NCBI GenBank assembly: GCA_036568905.1
Contig: DATCRQ010000001.1
Location: 430,399-494,398, forward strand
Source: Candidatus Saccharimonadales bacterium
Lineage (GTDB): Bacteria > Patescibacteriota > Saccharimonadia > Saccharimonadales > UBA4665
Reading direction: 5' to 3'
Length of the DNA: 64,000 nt
Within the stretch, counting starts at the first letter, position 1. Every line of letters begins with the position of its first letter. The notes beneath the pieces were generated by a model. That model did not search any database. It was given only the letters and a program-made list of their open reading frames with translations, and was not told the DNA's origin. Shown piece by piece: positions 1-8,546 of this stretch. The translations under genes were made by a program, and so were the position numbers.

Positions 1-445
1 TGATGATGCGGTCAAAACGTTTGGCCGTGCGGCGGTTTATCCAACCCAACGCGTGATTGGCGAGATGCACGAGGCGCGACTGCGGCGCAACGTGGAATGT
101 CCCGATAAGCACTGTCCTCGGCCCAAGCAACCGGATAAGCCGCCCGGCAAGGAACGGGCTGTACGGCATTTGCACGTGGATGACGTCAAAATTTTCTACC
201 TTGAGAAATGCCTTGAGGCGGCGTTTGGAAGCCGGCAACGGAATGGACATACGGTTGCCGTTGAAGCGTACCTTAACGTTGCGGCTCAGGCTGTTGACGT
301 TCTTCACGTCAGTGCGCAACGTTTGGCCGACGAGATAATGCACGTCGTGACCTTCCTTCGACAACCAAGTGCCGAGGGCAAGCACGTATTGTTGTACGCC
401 GTCGGGTGTGTCGAGCGTGTCGTCAAGGACGAGGCCGATCTTCAA
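1..445 (-). CDS. Glycosyltransferase family 4 (GT-B), N-terminal part; the gene runs off the left edge
   Basis: Not in the ORF track because there is no stop in the window. My minus-strand translation from TTG at 445 gives (M)KIGLVLDDTLDTPDGVQQYVLALGTWLSKEGHDVHYLVGQ...FDVIHVQMPYSPFLAG. This is a GT4 N-terminal Rossmann half and matches the MKIGLV start of the next gene. The plus-strand ORF 53..454 is its antisense shadow. Confidence 0.7.
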   Translation of the reverse strand, partial: MKIGLVLDDTLDTPDGVQQYVLALGTWLSKEGHDVHYLVGQTLRTDVKNVNSLSRNVKVRFNGNRMSIPLPASKRRLKAFLKVENFDVIHVQMPYSPFLAGRLIRLLGPRTVLIGTFHVAPQSRLVHLANHALGWINRRTAKRFDRII

Positions 446-473
446 ACGATTTGACGCAGCCTTGGGTGATGTA

Positions 474-1604
474 TTAGTCGCGTGAGGTGCGGTCTTTGAT
501 GGCTTGCCCATAAATTTCCTCGTATTGGTCGGTTATGTGCTTGTAATGATAATTCGGCAACTCCGTCTCAGCCCAGGCGCGCCAGAGTTTACGAAGCTCG
601 GGTTCATAGAGCATGAGTTCCAAACGGCGCGCGAATTCCGCGCTGTGCTTTGGATGCACGAGCGACACGGCGCCTAAGCCTTGCAGAACCGTCGCGTAAC
701 CCGGGTTGTCGCCAGCAACCGTCACGCAGCCGCTCGCCATTGCCTCAAGCAGCACGAGCCCAACGCCTTCGCCGTACAAGGCCGGCGCGCAATACAGGTC
801 GCTGTTGCGCATCAGCTTCGCTTTCTCGTCGTTGGAAATGTAGCCGAGGAAATGGACGTCTTTGATCTTCAAATCTTCAGCAAGCATCTCCAGCTTTTCG
901 CGGTCAGGGCCGTCGCTGGCAATGAGAAGCTCGGTGTCCGGGTGCTTCGCTTGCAACAATTGAAAGGCCTTGATGAGATACTTCGCACCCTTACGGTTTT
1001 CCAAACGCCCAACGTAGAAGACTGTCTTATGTTTGCGGTTGTCACGATGCTGCTTCGGCGAATGATAAAACGTTTGGTCCACGCCGATCGGAATGATGGC
1101 GACCGGACGATCGGTGAGGGAACATACGTATTCCGTAGCCGGTTCGCCCGTGGCGACCAACTCGTCGATGTTCTTAAGCACCGGCTTCGTGTACGGCACG
1201 GCGGCCTTCACGAAGGCGCGGCTCATCGAGCCGGGCAACGCGGCGTGGAACGTGGCAACCGTTGCGCATGTTGCCTGGGCCAAAATCTGACGGCCGATCG
1301 TTGGCACCCACGGCTCGTGCACGTGCAGAACGTCAAACTTATGCGCCCGGAAAAGTTCCTCGATATCCTCGTCGCTCACCGAAGAAACCTGCACAGTCGT
1401 GTGCTGCACGGGCCAGTTAAAGTCCGAGCACGTGCCCACGAAGAGAATATGGTTAGGCGGCGTTTCGTTGTAATCGCGCGGACGCGGCGTGATGATGTGC
1501 ACTTCGTGGCCGCGGCGTGTTAGTTCCTCATACATCGCAAAGGTGATCTCTTTGACCCCTCCACCGCGATTAATAGCATACGGGCAAACCAGTCCGATTT
1601 TCAT
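474..1604 (-). CDS. Glycosyltransferase family 4 (PimA-like GT-B)
   Basis: 376 aa. N-terminus MKIGLVCPYAINRGGGVKEITFAMYEELTRRGHEVHIITP. C-terminal half has FYVGRLENRKGAKYLIKA ... PALYGEGVGLVLLEAMASGCVTVA, the typical GT4 E-x7-E region. Confidence 0.85.
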   Translation of the reverse strand: MKIGLVCPYAINRGGGVKEITFAMYEELTRRGHEVHIITPRPRDYNETPPNHILFVGTCSDFNWPVQHTTVQVSSVSDEDIEELFRAHKFDVLHVHEPWVPTIGRQILAQATCATVATFHAALPGSMSRAFVKAAVPYTKPVLKNIDELVATGEPATEYVCSLTDRPVAIIPIGVDQTFYHSPKQHRDNRKHKTVFYVGRLENRKGAKYLIKAFQLLQAKHPDTELLIASDGPDREKLEMLAEDLKIKDVHFLGYISNDEKAKLMRNSDLYCAPALYGEGVGLVLLEAMASGCVTVAGDNPGYATVLQGLGAVSLVHPKHSAEFARRLELMLYEPELRKLWRAWAETELPNYHYKHITDQYEEIYGQAIKDRTSRD

Positions 1605-1637
1605 ACTCAGCGTTAGTATACCATACCCAGGCGAAGA

Positions 1638-2627
1638 TCAGTTTTTTGCCAACGCGCGGCGAAGCGCCGGCGGGACGAGGACGCTCATTGCCTTACGGCT
1701 AGCGAGGACGCTTGGCGTATGAGCCTTGAGGTCGGCAACGGCTTGATGGTAATCACTGAAGACGACACGCATGTGCTGCTCAACGATGAGGTTGTCGAAG
1801 TAGTGGTCGTTCTTAGAGCACACGTGCCAAACAGGCAAGTCGATGCGCGTTTTGCAGTTATCAACATTAAGGAACTCGGCCGTCGTTGCCCAGTGCGTGT
1901 GCACGTCGTTGAGCTGCCAGAGCTTCACCTCAAAGTTCAGCATCTCTGCGAAAACTTCCGGCGGCGTGTCGGCAAACCGGCGTTTGGCACGGCCCCAATG
2001 CACGTAAATGTTCTTAATGACGAAGGCGTTAAGGATCGCGTGCCTGACAAAAAACGCGACCGGCGGCTGCGAAATGATCTTCGCGCCCAAACGATAGCCC
2101 ATGCGCTGACGCGGTTTAAACAAAAAGTCGTCGCGGTGCACAAAGCCTACGATGCTCGTTACAAAGTCCACGCGCTTCGCAAGCTCGGGATATTTTTGCA
2201 ACATGCGCGTAGCCACGACGAAACCGAAGGAAATGCCCATGATCGTGACGCGGCGGCGTTTGTACTGCATCTTAATGAAGGCCGCAAGGTAATCGGCGAA
2301 GTTGTCGACGGTTGGCTGCTTGCCAATCTTCGCAAAGCTGTCCATGCCGCCGAAGCCGGGCAAATCCGGCAATGTTACGGCGCCGTATTGGTTCAGTGTT
2401 TGTGCCAAGCCCCACCAACGCTCGATGAGCGCGTGGTGCCCGTAGATGAGCAAGATCTCACGGCTGTGGTTCTTAGGCGCAGGCAAGTGCAAGACGCGGC
2501 CTTGCAGACCGTTCATGTTTAATGGCGCAATGTAATCATCAGGCGTTGGCTCCGGTTTCGGCACGGCGCAATACTTCCTTTGTCTTTGATACTCTGACAT
2601 CATTATAGACCTTTTGCCAACGTCCAC
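1638..2627 (-). CDS. Alpha/beta-fold hydrolase
   Basis: 329 aa. LLIYGHHALIERWWGL...LPDLPGFGGMD and a nucleophile elbow IMGISFGFVVA (GxSxG). The exact start is uncertain (M1, M9 or M10). Confidence 0.65.
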   Translation of the reverse strand: MDVGKRSIMMSEYQRQRKYCAVPKPEPTPDDYIAPLNMNGLQGRVLHLPAPKNHSREILLIYGHHALIERWWGLAQTLNQYGAVTLPDLPGFGGMDSFAKIGKQPTVDNFADYLAAFIKMQYKRRRVTIMGISFGFVVATRMLQKYPELAKRVDFVTSIVGFVHRDDFLFKPRQRMGYRLGAKIISQPPVAFFVRHAILNAFVIKNIYVHWGRAKRRFADTPPEVFAEMLNFEVKLWQLNDVHTHWATTAEFLNVDNCKTRIDLPVWHVCSKNDHYFDNLIVEQHMRVVFSDYHQAVADLKAHTPSVLASRKAMSVLVPPALRRALAKN

Positions 2628-2724
2628 GCCACTACAAAAGTGCTATATTTTTTACAATGGTCTTTATTTGCAACGCCTTGTGCTGGATTCATCGCCGGCA
2701 ATACGTTATAATAGGCTACCGTAA

Positions 2725-2799
2725 TGGGACGTGGCCAAGCGGTAAGGCACCAGGTTTTGGTCCTGGTATGCGGGGGTTCGAATCCCTCCGTCCCAGCCA
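2725..2799 (+). tRNA. tRNA-Gln, anticodon TTG, CCA encoded
   Basis: Hand-folded. Acceptor stem TGGGACG/CGTCCCA. Anticodon stem CCAGG/CCTGG with loop TTTTGGT (anticodon TTG). T-arm GGGGG-TTCGAAT-CCCTC. Discriminator G followed by CCA at 2797..2799. Confidence 0.9.
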
Positions 2800-2814
2800 C
2801 AAGTACAATACGAA

Positions 2815-3441
2815 GTGATTGGACTGATGCGCGAAGACCTAAGAAAGACTGTCAGCATAGGTTCAGGTCTAATTGTTATCCTAGTTATCGGCTGGGTAGT
2901 TTTTGAAATTCTTGTTAAAGTATGGCATGGTTTTGAGTCGTTGTCCGGTAGCGTCCAAATCGCTATATCGGTAGCTATCCTTTCTCTCGTTTCTACGCTT
3001 GGCTCCTTGGTTTACACGAAGATCAAAGACAGAAAATTACAGTTCGAAGCTCGCAACATATCAAAGAAACAAAAATTGTACGACAGATATGTTCAACAAA
3101 TAATCGGCTTGATAGCCAACCCCGACAAGGCAAACGACGACAACTACACACAAGAACTCAGGTTGAACTTCATGTCAAAAGCTATCCTTTGGGCAGACTG
3201 GCGAGTTCTGGACGCTTACCACAATCTGCGGATTAATACGCAAGTCGACAAGAGCCTAGAAAGAACTCTCTGGGATTTTAGTACGTTATTCCTCGAGTTC
3301 AGAAAAGACCTCGGTTTAAGCAATAAAAAAATAAATCAAACGACTATCGCTGAGATTATGTACGACAAAAATTTCTTGGATGAATTTTATAAAAAGTACC
3401 CTCAACAAAAGGGCGAGCAATCAAAAAAGAAAACAAAGTAG
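2815..3441 (+). CDS. Hypothetical membrane-anchored protein (orphan, AT-rich)
   Basis: 208 aa with a GTG start (ATG alternative at 2827). Two N-terminal hydrophobic helices (GLIVILVIGWVVFEILV, VQIAISVAILSLVSTLGSLVY) followed by a K/N/D-rich soluble domain. Composition is visibly AT-richer than the flanks. No family recognised. Confidence 0.5.
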   Translation: MIGLMREDLRKTVSIGSGLIVILVIGWVVFEILVKVWHGFESLSGSVQIAISVAILSLVSTLGSLVYTKIKDRKLQFEARNISKKQKLYDRYVQQIIGLIANPDKANDDNYTQELRLNFMSKAILWADWRVLDAYHNLRINTQVDKSLERTLWDFSTLFLEFRKDLGLSNKKINQTTIAEIMYDKNFLDEFYKKYPQQKGEQSKKKTK

Positions 3442-3443
3442 AT

Positions 3444-4637
3444 CTATTCGTTGAAAAGTCGCAAGCCGCCAACCTCTGGTGGCAGAAAGCCTTTGGGATG
3501 TTTAAAGCCGGCTTCCCATTTGGTGCCTTTTTGGTAGCCTAAATCTTTCATGAGTTTGGTCGGCGCGTTGCGCAGATGCAACGGCACGGCCGCGTCGGGG
3601 AAGTCGCGCGCGGCAGATTGCGCGGCGTGCATGGCGTTGGCCACGGCGCGGGATTTCTTTGTCTTTGCGAGCACGCTCGCGCAGTGGAATAAATTGTACT
3701 GGCACTCGGGCATGCCGATTCGCTCCACTGCTTGAAACGTTGCGACGGCAAGGTTCAAAGCGGCCGAGGCCGCGAGGCCGACATCCTCGGAAGCAAAGAT
3801 GACCATCCGCCGTGCCACAAACTTCGGGTCTTCTCCGGCCTGCAAAATCCGCGCCAAATAGTACAGCGCGGCGTCGGCATCGCTGCCGCGCATACTTTTG
3901 ATGAACGCGCTGATGAGATTGTAATGCGCCTCGCCGGCTTTGTCGTAGCCGGGCAAACGCCGCTGCGCGGCCGTTTGGATAACTTCGGTCGTCAGCGTTC
4001 CTTTGGTAAGCTGCAAGGCAAGTTCGAGATTCCCTAAAGCAATACGCGCGTCGCCGCCGGAAAGTTCGGCAAGAAAATCAATGCTCTTCGCCGGCAAACG
4101 TTTGGCATTTAGCTTGAGTTCTTTGGCCGCCTTTTGGATGATCTGCACGAGATCTCCTTTGTCCAAAGGTTCCAAGACCAACACGCGCGAACGGCTGAGC
4201 AAAGGATTGATGACCTCAAAGCTCGGGTTCTCGGTCGTCGCGCCGATGAGCACAATCGTACCGTCCTCAACGTACGGCAAAAACGCGTCTTGCTGCGCTT
4301 TGTTGAAACGATGGATTTCGTCCACGAAGAGAATCGTGCGCTGCCCCAAACGTTGGTTTGCCTTAGCTTCTTCGACGACGCGCGTGACGTCCGCTTTCTT
4401 TGCCGTGACGGCGCTGAGTTCGATAAACTGCGCGCCGGTTTCGCGGGCGATAATCCGCGCCAGCGTCGTTTTGCCGCTGCCCGGCGGTCCCCACAAAATC
4501 AAACTAGCCGGCTGCTTTTTGCTGACGATCTCGCGCACAATTTTGCCCGCACCCGTCAAATGCGTTTGCCCGATGACACCGGCAAGCGTTTCGGGACGCA
4601 TTCGTTCGGCCAGCGGCCGCGTATCAAACTCACTCAT
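3444..4637 (-). CDS. rarA: Replication-associated recombination protein A (AAA+ ATPase RarA/MgsA)
   Basis: MSEFDTRPLAERMRPETLAGVIGQ, Walker A GPPGSGKTTLARI, Walker B ILFVDEIHRFNKAQQD, and the MgsA C-terminal region YDKAGEAHYNLISAFIKSMRGSDADAALYYLARIL. The track ORF extends to 4778, but the conserved N-terminus starts at ATG 4637. Confidence 0.9.
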   Translation of the reverse strand: MSEFDTRPLAERMRPETLAGVIGQTHLTGAGKIVREIVSKKQPASLILWGPPGSGKTTLARIIARETGAQFIELSAVTAKKADVTRVVEEAKANQRLGQRTILFVDEIHRFNKAQQDAFLPYVEDGTIVLIGATTENPSFEVINPLLSRSRVLVLEPLDKGDLVQIIQKAAKELKLNAKRLPAKSIDFLAELSGGDARIALGNLELALQLTKGTLTTEVIQTAAQRRLPGYDKAGEAHYNLISAFIKSMRGSDADAALYYLARILQAGEDPKFVARRMVIFASEDVGLAASAALNLAVATFQAVERIGMPECQYNLFHCASVLAKTKKSRAVANAMHAAQSAARDFPDAAVPLHLRNAPTKLMKDLGYQKGTKWEAGFKHPKGFLPPEVGGLRLFNE

Positions 4638-4644
4638 ATATATG

Positions 4645-4650
4645 AGTATA
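4645..4650 (-). promoter_or_regulatory. -10-like hexamer TATACT, 7 nt upstream of the rarA ATG (leaderless-type arrangement)
   Basis: The minus strand reads TATACT-catatat-ATG, with no Shine-Dalgarno sequence in between. Confidence 0.3.
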
Positions 4651-4671
4651 AACAATTCTGGCCGAAGGTGA

Positions 4672-4677
4672 TACGAT
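4672..4677 (+). promoter_or_regulatory. -10-like hexamer TACGAT, 6 nt upstream of ATG 4684 (leaderless-type arrangement)
   Basis: TACGAT-agccga-ATG. It is divergent from the rarA element within a 46-bp intergenic gap. Confidence 0.3.
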
Positions 4678-4683
4678 AGCCGA

Positions 4684-5523
4684 ATGATTACGAAAGTTAT
4701 TATTCCCGTTGGCGGGTTCGGCACGCGCCGTTTGCCAATCTCCAAAGCTATTGAAAAATGTATGCTGCCGGTCTGCAACCGGCCAATTGTCGATTACACC
4801 GTTGAAGAATGTATCGCCAACGGCATAACCGACTTTTACTTTGTAGTATCGCCAGACCATGCGCAGCTCGAAACGTATTACGGCCGTAACGACCGGCTCG
4901 AAAATTATTTACGCGCCCGAGGCAAAGACGACATGCTTACGCTCATTGAACCTCACAAAGACGTGCGTTTTCATTACATCGTACAAGGCCCCGAACATCC
5001 GTGCGGCACGGCCGTACCCATTTGGCTGGCGCGCGAAATCGTTGGAGACGACGAGCAATTCGTTGTGATGATGGGCGACGATTTCCTGTTTGCGCCTTCG
5101 GAGCCTGGCGCGAACTTGCGTAACATGCTCAAGGCAGCCGAACAGTCTCCCTCAGTAATTTTGGCCGCGCACATGCCACCAGAAAGAATTTCTTTATATG
5201 GCGTGATTAAAATGCGTACGGATGGCAATGGCACCGAGTTCTTTGAAGACATCGTCGAGAAGCCGGCTCCCGGCACCGAACCGTCGGACCTCATTAACGT
5301 TTCAAAGTATATTTTGCATCGCGATATTTTTCCTTCAGTTGAAGAGACTATGAAAACGCCAAGCGCATGCGGCGAGCATTTGCTCACCGATACCGTCAAC
5401 GATTATGTCACGCGCGGCAATGCTATGGCCGTCGTGCCAGCCGTCGGGCAATTCCTCGACGGCGGCAATTTAGCCGGTTGGGTTGAGGCGAACAACGTTG
5501 TCTTTGCCGCACGCGAGCAGTGA
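4684..5523 (+). CDS. galU: UTP--glucose-1-phosphate uridylyltransferase-like nucleotidyltransferase
   Basis: 279 aa. N-terminal KVIIPVGGFGTRRLPISKAIEKCMLPVCNRPIVDYTVEECIANGITDFYFVV matches the GalU G-x-G-T-R-x-L-P signature. Confidence 0.8.
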   Translation: MITKVIIPVGGFGTRRLPISKAIEKCMLPVCNRPIVDYTVEECIANGITDFYFVVSPDHAQLETYYGRNDRLENYLRARGKDDMLTLIEPHKDVRFHYIVQGPEHPCGTAVPIWLAREIVGDDEQFVVMMGDDFLFAPSEPGANLRNMLKAAEQSPSVILAAHMPPERISLYGVIKMRTDGNGTEFFEDIVEKPAPGTEPSDLINVSKYILHRDIFPSVEETMKTPSACGEHLLTDTVNDYVTRGNAMAVVPAVGQFLDGGNLAGWVEANNVVFAAREQ

Positions 5524-5551
5524 AAAAGAATAACTAACGAGGGGAACCGTC

Positions 5552-6406
5552 ATGCCGGAAATCATAGGATCAATCATAACCGACTGCGCTGACAAAAATG
5601 CGCAAGCCCGGCAGGAGCTTGCGTTTAAGCGGCTTTTTGACGGCGCTTCGCCTACGTTCATCGGCGCCGAATCGGGATGGGAAACGGCCGCGCTGGAAGT
5701 AGGCGGCAACCTCGTCGACCAATTAAGTGTGCTAAGCAGCTTCGGCGATCCGGAGGATCTAAGCGCCGTTGTCTTCGCGCAAGCGGCAAATCGCGGCAGC
5801 GAAATCAAAAAGGATCACGAGAACGGTACGCCATTTTGCTTTTTCCGGCATGAAGGGACGCTCGTGGCAGCCACGCTCAATCCGTGTTTGAGTCTCGCCC
5901 GCGACCAAGGATTAGTTAGTGAAGTCGAGGTCGTTGACGTACGAACCGTCGTTGAAGCGATGGTGCGCTCCGGCGGCCTATCGCGCGGAGAAGCCGAAGC
6001 CATCGCCAACACCCAGTTCCGCAGCCTTGAATTTTTGCCGCGTCTGGCGCGCTGGCTTGTCGATGGCCGCGACATTCCTTCGACAACGCAAAAACTCACT
6101 CACGATATCCTGCCGCCAATCCACGATGTCGTCTGGCACGTTGATAACTTCAAAAACGGCAAAACAAATATTCTCCCCGAGGCAATTGGCTTTGAAGACG
6201 GCAAAAGGGTTGAGCTGGCGTGCGGCAAGCTCGCCGTTTGCCACGCACACTTGGCCGACGTCAAGACCGACGAAATAGCGCTTACAATCGGCAGCTCGGG
6301 CTACAGGGACCGCAAATGGCTCGAGGTCGTTATAGGCAAAGGCTGCGCCGCGGAAGTCCTCGGCTTTAGCGTCGGCTCACCCGTTCTGAAAGAAAGAGTT
6401 GCCTAA
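5552..6406 (+). CDS. Hypothetical protein; possibly a divergent SAM hydroxide adenosyltransferase / chlorinase-fluorinase fold (former DUF62)
   Basis: 284 aa with a GAGGGG RBS. Weak remembered resemblances to DUF62 proteins: N-terminal IITDCADKNAQARQ, mid VAATLNPCLSLA, VDNFKNGKTNI (compare the FGN..TNI block), and a C-terminal small barrel. Coding status is good; the function is tentative. Confidence 0.5.
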   Translation: MPEIIGSIITDCADKNAQARQELAFKRLFDGASPTFIGAESGWETAALEVGGNLVDQLSVLSSFGDPEDLSAVVFAQAANRGSEIKKDHENGTPFCFFRHEGTLVAATLNPCLSLARDQGLVSEVEVVDVRTVVEAMVRSGGLSRGEAEAIANTQFRSLEFLPRLARWLVDGRDIPSTTQKLTHDILPPIHDVVWHVDNFKNGKTNILPEAIGFEDGKRVELACGKLAVCHAHLADVKTDEIALTIGSSGYRDRKWLEVVIGKGCAAEVLGFSVGSPVLKERVA

Positions 6407-6452
6407 GCCGCCCAGCATCGACGGCCGTTCCACTGTTTGTTAAAATATCCAG

Positions 6453-7823
6453 ATGAACTTCAGCCTTTTCGGCCAAAACTTGGTGACTTTTTTGGCGATG
6501 ATTTTTGCAGCGCTGGTTGTGTACTTTGCCGCGTTGCCGTGGCTGCGTTCCGACAAAAAGCGCAAAGGGCAAAAGAAAAGGACGCCGAAATTTGTGCTGC
6601 CGAGGCGAAAGCTTACGACGCTCATTGGCGTAGCGTTTGTGTTCGCTTTATCCGTACAAGTCGCCGCCGCGTTATTGTTCCCGGGCGAAGAATTGCCGAT
6701 TTTGTTTTGGATGGCATTGCCGCTGAGCGTGGCCGCTACCACAATTATTTGGTCGTGGGCATTTGCTACGCGATGGTTTGACCGCACGTTCGCCGTTCTA
6801 TTAGTTGTAAGCAGCTTGTTGCTTGGTGTGGCGATGCTCAACGATTATTACCACTACTACCCGACGTTGGCCGATGCGTTCGGCAAAACGCCGGCACAGC
6901 GAATCGGCGGACGGACCGATCAAACCGTCGTGCGCTACAGTACGAACAAGGCTTCGGCGCAGGCAGTGCCGTTGGAACAAACCGTACAAAATATCGGCAC
7001 GCTGCCGCTGAACGGGGAAGTGTACAAACTTTCGGTGCCGGCAACGGCATCGCATTTTGCCGCGCGCGACGGTTGGTTGTATGTGCCGCCAATTGCCTTT
7101 AGCCCAGAGAAAGTTGATTTGCCCGTCATCGTTCTGCTCGCCGGCGAGCCGGGCAGCCCGAACGATTGGCTGAACGGCGGCGGCGCGAAGCAAACGCTCA
7201 ACGCTTTTGCAGCCGAGCATCACGGCGTGACGCCGATTGTGGCGATGGTCGACGACCTCGGCTCGCAATTTAACGACACCGAATGTGTGGACAGTTCTCA
7301 CGGCAATGCCGAAACGTACTTAACGGTCGACGTGCCAAATTACCTCAAAGCAAACTTCGACGTTTCAACGACTCCCAACGATTGGGCCATCGGCGGCCTT
7401 AGCGACGGCGGCATGTGCGGCGCGATGCTCGCGCTCCGCCACCCCAACACGTTTCATTACTTCCTTGATCTTGGCGGTACGAGCGGGCCGAACGTCGGCT
7501 CGCAAATTGCGACAATTGCAGATTTGTTCCACGGCTCGCAAGAAGACTTCAACGAGCATGAGCCGCTCTATTTGTTGCAGCACGGCTCATGGAAGAGTAG
7601 CGGCCTTGGCGGCTACTTCGCCGTAGGCAGCTCAGATTCAACCGACATCGTCAGCGCCGTGCAAGCGCTGTACCATCAAAGCGCCGCCAGCGGCCTCAGC
7701 GTTGCCGAAGAAACAACCGAAGGCCGCCACACGTTCGCCGTATGGCAGCAGCAATTCCACGACGCGCTGCCGTGGCTTTCCTACCATCTCGGCGCAACGG
7801 CTTGCACCGGACAATGTTATTAG
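6453..7823 (+). CDS. Membrane-anchored esterase (esterase D / mycolyltransferase-like alpha/beta hydrolase)
   Basis: 456 aa. About 4 N-terminal TM helices, then LPVIVLLAGEPGSPNDWLNGGGA and a nucleophile elbow WAIGGLSDGGMCGAMLALRHP (GxSxG). Confidence 0.8.
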   Translation: MNFSLFGQNLVTFLAMIFAALVVYFAALPWLRSDKKRKGQKKRTPKFVLPRRKLTTLIGVAFVFALSVQVAAALLFPGEELPILFWMALPLSVAATTIIWSWAFATRWFDRTFAVLLVVSSLLLGVAMLNDYYHYYPTLADAFGKTPAQRIGGRTDQTVVRYSTNKASAQAVPLEQTVQNIGTLPLNGEVYKLSVPATASHFAARDGWLYVPPIAFSPEKVDLPVIVLLAGEPGSPNDWLNGGGAKQTLNAFAAEHHGVTPIVAMVDDLGSQFNDTECVDSSHGNAETYLTVDVPNYLKANFDVSTTPNDWAIGGLSDGGMCGAMLALRHPNTFHYFLDLGGTSGPNVGSQIATIADLFHGSQEDFNEHEPLYLLQHGSWKSSGLGGYFAVGSSDSTDIVSAVQALYHQSAASGLSVAEETTEGRHTFAVWQQQFHDALPWLSYHLGATACTGQCY

Positions 7824-7827
7824 AGAA

Positions 7828-8493
7828 TCATTTACTATGCAGAAAGAAGGCGCCGGTCAATAGTTGGACGAGCACGTCTGTGCCTTTGTCGGCAAGAAAA
7901 CCAAGGAGAATTTTGGCTCGAGAGCTATCTCTTCGGCCTAAAGCTTCTTTGAGTTCCATGACTAACTGACGTGTGTCGGCATCTAGGCCATCAGTATTTG
8001 TGATCTCAAGATGTTGAGCTGCTCCAGGTGAGTTAATTGCCACCTGACTCGCATTCGGGAAAAAGTTATTTATTTGCTGAGGAGCGGCTTCGTTTGACTC
8101 AGCCGACTCAAATGAAGACAGAGGAACACCTTCAATCACCGCGCGCAATATTCTCGTGTTGTTCGCCACCCTAGGATCTGCGTCCGCCTCATATTCCTCC
8201 AGAAAACCCGGCTCTAAAATCTCGTCGACAACGCTCCTGGCCTGAGGGCTCACATCTGCTAGCTTCGCGATTGCATAAAGAGAGGACAGGTCGTTACTTG
8301 AGTTGGCGGACATATTTTTTAGCAACACGAGCACGACTGGACGAACGGTCTCGAAATCCTGTCCGGCAGCCCGAACAAAAATACTGAGATACGACTGGAC
8401 TATGTTCGTCGAATGAAGATTTTGGCAAGCTTGCAGACTGGAATCAAAGCGCTGTTGTAATATTTTAGGTAATGGCATCTTACAGTCTTTCAT
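7828..8493 (-). CDS. Hypothetical cytoplasmic protein (orphan, AT-richer)
   Basis: 221 aa with balanced composition, no TM helix or signal peptide, and no recognisable motif. Confidence 0.45.
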   Translation of the reverse strand: MKDCKMPLPKILQQRFDSSLQACQNLHSTNIVQSYLSIFVRAAGQDFETVRPVVLVLLKNMSANSSNDLSSLYAIAKLADVSPQARSVVDEILEPGFLEEYEADADPRVANNTRILRAVIEGVPLSSFESAESNEAAPQQINNFFPNASQVAINSPGAAQHLEITNTDGLDADTRQLVMELKEALGRRDSSRAKILLGFLADKGTDVLVQLLTGAFFLHSK

Positions 8494-8546
8494 TTATGGA
8501 CATCGGATTGCCCAAGTTAACGATACTCCTTTAGATGCTGAAAAAT

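Noticed and set aside
53-454. 133-aa plus-strand ORF at the left edge
   Set aside because: Its composition is Arg/Ala/Val-rich. It lies exactly antisense to a convincing GT4 N-terminal domain that reads off the window edge, so it is a shadow ORF.
4638-4778. N-terminal extension of the rarA ORF (47 extra codons). Similar track extensions occur at 17292..17333, 24083..24154, 31264..31293, 32370..32450, 39740..39793 and 55018..55038.
   Set aside because: The conserved protein N-termini, signal peptides, RBS or -10 geometry, and stop/start coupling all favour the internal starts given in the feature list.
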